From positions 115,075 through 179,074 of the forward strand of contig NZ_CANLQB010000008.1 of the NCBI RefSeq assembly GCF_947493125.1: DNA of 64,000 nt. Direction: 5' to 3'. The position numbers and the translations under genes were made by a program. Shown piece after piece: positions 58,747 through 64,000 of this stretch. How positions within the stretch are numbered: position 1 is the first letter of the stretch; every line of letters starts with the position of its first letter. The notes beneath the pieces are model-generated. The model made no database searches. It was given only the letters and a program-made list of their open reading frames with translations, and had not been told where the DNA came from. This stretch comes from an uncultured Roseobacter sp. Its GTDB lineage: Bacteria; Pseudomonadota; Alphaproteobacteria; Rhodobacterales; Rhodobacteraceae.

Positions 58747-59442
58747 ATGGAAGCAGACACGCTGGCACTGGCGCATGAGATTGATTTCTCATTCTGGGGG
58801 CTGTTTATGCGCGCCACCCTCATCGTCAAGATTGTGATGATCATGTTGATCGTGGCCTCCTTCTGGTCCTGGTCGATCATCGTGATGAAGCTCTTGGTCT
58901 ACCGGCGGGCGCGCGCCGAGGCGGAGGCCTTTGACCGGGAGTTCTGGTCGGGTGAGCCGCTGGACGGGCTGTTTGAGACGGTTGGCCCGGCACCCTCTGG
59001 CAGTTCGGAGAAGATCTTTGCCGCCGGGATGACCGAGTGGCGGCGCTCGCACCGGGATGACGGCGGGCTGATTGCTGGCGCGACCTCGCGGATTGATCGC
59101 TCCATGGATGTGGCGATCAACAAGGAGGCGGATTATCTACGTGGTGGGCTGACGGTGCTGGCGACGGTGGGCTCGTCGACGCCGTTTATCGGGCTTTTTG
59201 GGACGGTCATCGGGATTATGAACGCGTTCATTGAGATTGCCGAGCAGCAGAACACCAATCTCGCGGTCGTGGCACCCGGTATTGCCGAGGCGCTGCTGGC
59301 CACCGGTTTGGGGCTGCTCGCGGCGATTCCGGCGGTGATCTTTTACAACAAGCTCAGTGCAGATTGTGATAAGATCCTGTCAGGCTATGAGGCCTTCGCG
59401 GATGAATTCGCGACCATCCTCAGCCGCCAGTTGGACGGGTGA
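58747..59442 (+). CDS. tolQ: Tol-Pal system protein TolQ
   Basis: MotA/TolQ/ExbB profile (GLFGTVIGIMNAFIEI, APGIAEALLATGLGL). Confidence 0.9.
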   Translation: MEADTLALAHEIDFSFWGLFMRATLIVKIVMIMLIVASFWSWSIIVMKLLVYRRARAEAEAFDREFWSGEPLDGLFETVGPAPSGSSEKIFAAGMTEWRRSHRDDGGLIAGATSRIDRSMDVAINKEADYLRGGLTVLATVGSSTPFIGLFGTVIGIMNAFIEIAEQQNTNLAVVAPGIAEALLATGLGLLAAIPAVIFYNKLSADCDKILSGYEAFADEFATILSRQLDG

Positions 59443-59445
59443 GCC

Positions 59446-59922
<477 letters not shown>

Positions 59923-59931
59923 GGCGCGGCG

Positions 59932-61065
59932 GTGCATATCGGCCATTATATCTCAGGGGCGGGTCACACGGCGCTGATTGGCCTCCTGATCTTTGGCAAT
60001 GTCTTTGCCGCGGAGCCCTTGCCGTTTGAGGCGACGCCCGTCTCGGTGATCTCGGGCGCGGAGTATGCGGCGCTGGTGGCGCAAGGCCAAGCGCCGCAGT
60101 CGACCACGGAGGTGGCGCAGCCCTCCAGCCCGGAGGTGACGCCTGATGCGCCGGAGATTTCGGTCTCCGAGGACACGGCGAATGATCAATCCGTGCCGGC
60201 GCCTGCCGAGACGCCGAGCGTTGAGGACGCGCCGGACGTGTCGCAGATCGAGCCGCTGCCGCAGGCGGATGTGAGTGACGAGGCCCCGGTGCTGCCCGAG
60301 CCACCAGCTGATGTGGCCGTGCTGGTGCCCGAGATCAGCGATACGCCGGTCCCGGAGGCGGCGGAGCGCGTGGCGCCGGAAGCGGTCGCACAGCCGGACC
60401 CCGAGGCGCTGCCCGATCCGGTGGAGCAGGAGGCGGTTGTGGCGGATGAGGCGGGGGAGACGCCGCAGGAGCCTGCCGAGGCCACGGCACCGGAGGCGGC
60501 CGCGACGGAGATTGTGACGGAAGCTGAACGCCCCAGTGCCGCGCTCACGAGGTCGATCCGCCCGCCCGCCCGCCGTCCCGAGGCGCCGGTCGAAGCCGCG
60601 CAACCCGCTGAAAGCGAAGAGCCGACGCCGCCTGCCGCTGAAGAACCGGAGCCCGAATCCGATGATCCGGTGGCCGCAGCACTGGCGGAAGCGTTGAGCG
60701 GGCAGGAGACACCCTCCAGCGCGCCCAGCAGGCCGCAAGGCCCGCCGCTGACGGCGGGCGAGAAGGACGCGCTGCGTGTCGCCGTGCAGGCTTGCTGGAA
60801 CGTGGGATCGCTTTCGACCGATGCGCTGAATACCACTGTCGTGGTCAGCGTCGCGATGAGCCAGGATGGCAAGCCGGTGACCTCCTCCATCCGGATGACG
60901 TCAAGCTCGGGTGGCACCGAACAGGCGGCTCGGCAGGCCTTTGAGGCCGCGCGTCGCGCGATCATCCGCTGTGGCGCGCGCGGTTTCGATTTGCCCGTGG
61001 ATAAATACAGTCAGTGGCAGGATATTGAGATGACGTTTAATCCCGAAAGGATGCGTATCAAATGA
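59932..61065 (+). CDS. tolA: TolA-like cell-envelope integrity protein
   Basis: GTG start, N-terminal TM helix, a long Pro/Glu/Ala-rich linker, and a C-terminal TolA/TonB-like domain. It sits between tolR and tolB. Confidence 0.75.
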   Translation: MHIGHYISGAGHTALIGLLIFGNVFAAEPLPFEATPVSVISGAEYAALVAQGQAPQSTTEVAQPSSPEVTPDAPEISVSEDTANDQSVPAPAETPSVEDAPDVSQIEPLPQADVSDEAPVLPEPPADVAVLVPEISDTPVPEAAERVAPEAVAQPDPEALPDPVEQEAVVADEAGETPQEPAEATAPEAAATEIVTEAERPSAALTRSIRPPARRPEAPVEAAQPAESEEPTPPAAEEPEPESDDPVAAALAEALSGQETPSSAPSRPQGPPLTAGEKDALRVAVQACWNVGSLSTDALNTTVVVSVAMSQDGKPVTSSIRMTSSSGGTEQAARQAFEAARRAIIRCGARGFDLPVDKYSQWQDIEMTFNPERMRIK

Positions 61066-62393
61066 AGATTTCAGGATTGGTATTGAGTGTCGCCCTGGCC
61101 TTCGGCGCAATGCACGCAGCGCCCGCGCAGGCGCAGAACCAGGGCCCCTTGCGGATCGAGATCACCGAAGGGGTGATCGAGCCCTTGCCCTTCGCTCTGC
61201 CGGTGTTCGAGGCCGAAACGGGAGATGCGGGTGGGCTGGCCGCGCAGATTTCACAGGTCGTCTCCGCCGATCTGTCCGGCACCGGGCTCTTCCGCGAAAT
61301 CCCGCCAGAGGCGTTCATCAGTCAGATCAGCAGCTTTGCCGCGCCCGTGCAATACGCGGACTGGAAGGCGATCAACGCGCAGGCACTGATCACAGGCGCT
61401 GTCTCGGTGCAGGGCAATCAGCTGTCGGTGAAATTCCGGCTCTATGATGTCTTCTCGGGTGCTGAACTGGGCGACGGGCTGCAATTTACTGGCACGACAG
61501 AAGGCTGGAGGCGTATGGGTCATAAGGTCGCCGATGCGGTCTACAGCCGGATCACCGGCGAGGGCGGCTATTTCGACAGCCGGGTGGTCTATGTCTCCGA
61601 GACCGGCAGCAAGGACGCACGGCAGAAGCGGCTGGCGATCATGGATTATGACGGTGCCAATGTGCAGTACCTGACCGACAGCAGCGCGATTGTCCTTGCC
61701 CCACGCTTCTCGCCGGATGGCGGGCGGGTGCTCTACACCAGTTACGAGACGGGCTTTCCCCGCATCTACGTGCTCGACGTGGGCTCGGTCCAGCGGCGCG
61801 CGCTGGAGAGCCAGGAGGGCACGATGAGCTTCGCTCCGCGGTTTGCACCGGATGGGCAGACCATCGTCTTTTCGCTGAGCCAGGGCGGCAATACGGACAT
61901 CTGGGCGATGAACATCGGGGGCGGCGGGGCGGCGCGGCTGACCTCGGCACCTTCGATCGAGACCGCGCCGAGCTTTTCACCAGACGGCAGCCAGATCGTC
62001 TTCGAGAGCGACCGCTCCGGCTCGCAACAACTCTACATCATGCCGGCAGGCGGTGGGGAAGCACGACGGATTTCATTCGGCCCGGGTCGCTATGGCACGC
62101 CGGTCTGGTCACCGCGTGGGGATCTGATTGCCTTCACCAAGCAGAACGGCGGGCGCTTCCACATTGGCGTCATGCGCACCGACGGCTCGGAAGAGCGGTT
62201 GCTGACCGCCTCCTTCCTCGACGAAGGCCCGACCTGGGCCCCGAACGGGCGGGTGATCATGTTCACTCGTGAGACCCAGGGCGAAGGTGGCCGGTCCTCG
62301 CTCTATTCGGTCGATATCTCGGGCCGGAACCTACGGCCCGTGCGCACGCCCGACGGCGGGTCCGACCCCTCGTGGTCGCCGCTTTTGCAATGA
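61062..62393 (+). CDS. tolB: Tol-Pal system beta-propeller protein TolB
   Basis: Signal peptide and repeated PxFSPDG propeller blades (PRFSPDG, PRFAPDG, PSFSPDG). Confidence 0.95.
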   Translation: MKISGLVLSVALAFGAMHAAPAQAQNQGPLRIEITEGVIEPLPFALPVFEAETGDAGGLAAQISQVVSADLSGTGLFREIPPEAFISQISSFAAPVQYADWKAINAQALITGAVSVQGNQLSVKFRLYDVFSGAELGDGLQFTGTTEGWRRMGHKVADAVYSRITGEGGYFDSRVVYVSETGSKDARQKRLAIMDYDGANVQYLTDSSAIVLAPRFSPDGGRVLYTSYETGFPRIYVLDVGSVQRRALESQEGTMSFAPRFAPDGQTIVFSLSQGGNTDIWAMNIGGGGAARLTSAPSIETAPSFSPDGSQIVFESDRSGSQQLYIMPAGGGEARRISFGPGRYGTPVWSPRGDLIAFTKQNGGRFHIGVMRTDGSEERLLTASFLDEGPTWAPNGRVIMFTRETQGEGGRSSLYSVDISGRNLRPVRTPDGGSDPSWSPLLQ

Positions 62394-62480
62394 GTACGCC
62401 GAAACCGTTTCCAAGGGGCGTGGGCTTGTGATAAAACCCCAATAAAATAACAACAACACCGACCATATGAGGCAGAGAGT

Positions 62481-62996
62481 ATGACACTTAGGACAAAACT
62501 CATTTTCGTCGTCGCCGGGCTGGCGCTGGCGGCCTGTACCAATCCCGACCGTTTCGGCGCGGATGGGACGGCGGGCGGGCTTGGCGGCGCCAACGGGGCC
62601 GTTGTGCCGGGCAGCCCGAATGACCCGACATCGCCCGCCTATTTCAACCAGACCATCGGTGACCGGGTCCTTTTTGCGGTGGATCAGTCGACGATCACGG
62701 ATGAAGGGCGCACGGTGCTGGACGGTCAGGCCACATGGCTGCTCACCAATACGGATTTCACCGCCGTGATCGAAGGCCATGCAGATGAGCAGGGCACGCG
62801 CGAATACAACGTGGCGCTTGGTGCGCGGCGCGCGAATGCGGTGCGGGAATATCTGGTCTCGAAAGGTGTCGCAGGCAACCGTTTGCGCACCGTGAGCTAT
62901 GGCAAGGAGCGACCCATCGAGATCTGCTCCAACGAATCCTGCTATGCCAAGAACCGCCGTGCGGTAACCGTTCTCGCCGCCGGGCTGACGGGGTAG
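62481..62996 (+). CDS. pal: Peptidoglycan-associated lipoprotein
   Basis: Lipobox LALAAC and an OmpA-like domain (IEGHADEQGTREYNVALGARRANAV, NRRAV). Confidence 0.9.
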   Translation: MTLRTKLIFVVAGLALAACTNPDRFGADGTAGGLGGANGAVVPGSPNDPTSPAYFNQTIGDRVLFAVDQSTITDEGRTVLDGQATWLLTNTDFTAVIEGHADEQGTREYNVALGARRANAVREYLVSKGVAGNRLRTVSYGKERPIEICSNESCYAKNRRAVTVLAAGLTG

Positions 62997-63000
62997 GCCC

Positions 63001-63837
63001 ATGCGTATCTTCGCAGCCATCCTCACCGCGGTTGTGCTGTTGCCCTTCGGGGCTGCGGCGCAGGATGATCAGACCCTTGCGGACATCCGCCAGGAGATGA
63101 CGGTGCTCTATGTGGAAATCCAGAAGCTGCGGCGGGAACTGTCCACCACGGGAGGCGCCGCGGTGAACACCGGCGGGGCGACCGTGCTGGATCGGATGAA
63201 CGCGATCGAGGCGGAGATGCAGCGGCTGACCTCCAAGACCGAGGAACTCGAGTTCCGCATCAATCGGATCGTCGAGGATGGGACCAACCGGTTGGGTGAT
63301 CTTGAATTCCGCCTAGTGGAACTGGAGGGGGGTGACATTGCTGCCCTTGGGGAGACCACCACGCTGGGAGGTGACCTTCCAGCCGCCGCGACACCTGCGC
63401 CGGATGCTGGAACCGGTGCGGCGCCCGCAGCGCCCCAGAGCGGCATTGAACTCGCGGTGGGCGAGGAAGAAGACTTCAAGACGGCGCAAACCGCGCTGAG
63501 CGAAGGCGACTATCAGCGCGCGGCCGACCTTTTCGCGAGTTTTACGCAGACTTACCCCGGCGGGCCGCTGGCCGCGGGGGCCGATCTTGGCCGCGGCGAG
63601 GCGCTGGAAGGGCTGGGGAACACACGCGAGGCGGCACGCGCCTATCTGAACAGTTTCAGCGTCGATCCGACCGGCCCGGTGGCCCCGCAATCGCTGTTTC
63701 GGCTCGGGCGGTCCCTGGGCGGCTTGGGACAGACACAGGAGGCCTGTGTGACGCTTGGTGAGGTTGGACTTCGGTTCCCGCAGGATCCGGCGGCCGAACA
63801 GGCGCGGAGCGAGATGCAACGCCTCGGCTGTGCGTAA
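63001..63837 (+). CDS. cpoB: Tol-Pal system protein CpoB/YbgF
   Basis: Signal peptide, an N-terminal coiled coil, and a C-terminal TPR-like region. It sits after pal. Confidence 0.85.
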   Translation: MRIFAAILTAVVLLPFGAAAQDDQTLADIRQEMTVLYVEIQKLRRELSTTGGAAVNTGGATVLDRMNAIEAEMQRLTSKTEELEFRINRIVEDGTNRLGDLEFRLVELEGGDIAALGETTTLGGDLPAAATPAPDAGTGAAPAAPQSGIELAVGEEEDFKTAQTALSEGDYQRAADLFASFTQTYPGGPLAAGADLGRGEALEGLGNTREAARAYLNSFSVDPTGPVAPQSLFRLGRSLGGLGQTQEACVTLGEVGLRFPQDPAAEQARSEMQRLGCA

Positions 63838-64000
63838 CGCACAACCGCGGGAGTTGGGCGAGGCCGTTGCGCGGCACCTTCTCCCGCATCCACCGGCGGC
63901 TCTCGGCATTGCGGTCTCCGGTGGGGGCGACTCCGTTGCATTGCTGCATCTGCTGCACGCCTTTTCACAAGCCCAATCCACACTGCTGCACGCCATCACG
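63830..64000 (+). CDS. tilS: tRNA lysidine(34) synthetase, N-terminal part; 3' end lies outside the window
   Basis: The frame is open to the right edge and encodes LGIAVSGGGDSVALLHLLH (PP-loop SGGxDS). A candidate GTG start at 63830 overlaps cpoB by 8 nt; TTG at 63854 is the alternative. Confidence 0.6.
   Translation, partial: MRNAQPRELGEAVARHLLPHPPAALGIAVSGGGDSVALLHLLHAFSQAQSTLLHAIT

Noticed and set aside
60100-60720. Repetitive Pro/Glu/Ala-rich stretch, considered as a DNA tandem repeat
   Set aside because: It lies inside the tolA reading frame and corresponds to the low-complexity periplasm-spanning linker typical of TolA. The DNA has no exact repeat unit.

Overview
High-GC (~63-65% by eye) chromosomal segment, most likely from a Rhodobacteraceae / Roseobacter-group alphaproteobacterium. 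That assignment is inferred from hdaA, phosphatidylcholine synthase, a VPLPA-CTERM protein, DUF1127 and the gene order ruvCAB-ybgC-tolQRAB-pal-cpoB-tilS. About 65 protein-coding genes are densely packed, and many adjacent pairs share ATGA or TGATG stop/start overlaps. I found no rRNA, tRNA, CRISPR array, IS element or prophage by eye. Most of the window is housekeeping: the 3' end of methylmalonyl-CoA mutase, ppk1-ppx, hdaA, proS, lolCE/lolD, parE, truA, ileS, ogt, pcs, xerC, fsa/tal, priA, prmA, ruvCAB and the tol-pal cluster. Parts that housekeeping does not explain: (1) A 1.8-kb gene-poor patch at 17.1-19.0 kb. It holds a candidate 30-aa hydrophobic peptide gene with a strong SD and a terminator, an 11-bp helically phased tandem repeat, a hairpin-dense spacer, and a ~50% GC ORF with foreign codon usage whose ATG overlaps the parE stop. 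(2) A bidirectional catabolic-looking locus at 25.7-35.1 kb. It contains a split ACAD10/11-type kinase plus acyl-CoA dehydrogenase pair, and a translationally coupled operon of an M19 dipeptidase homologue, a 550-aa unknown protein and a DUF3726 protein. (3) A ycjX-GNAT-ycjF operon followed immediately by a cNMP-binding thioredoxin-reductase-like protein that lacks the CxxC redox motif. (4) A ~75-bp palindromic repeat present twice, each time exactly between convergent genes. (5) Two unknown genes translationally coupled into the ybgC-tol-pal operon. The many long ORFs antisense to real genes are treated as high-GC artefacts. All functional calls come from reading motifs and recognising families in the translations; no database search was run.
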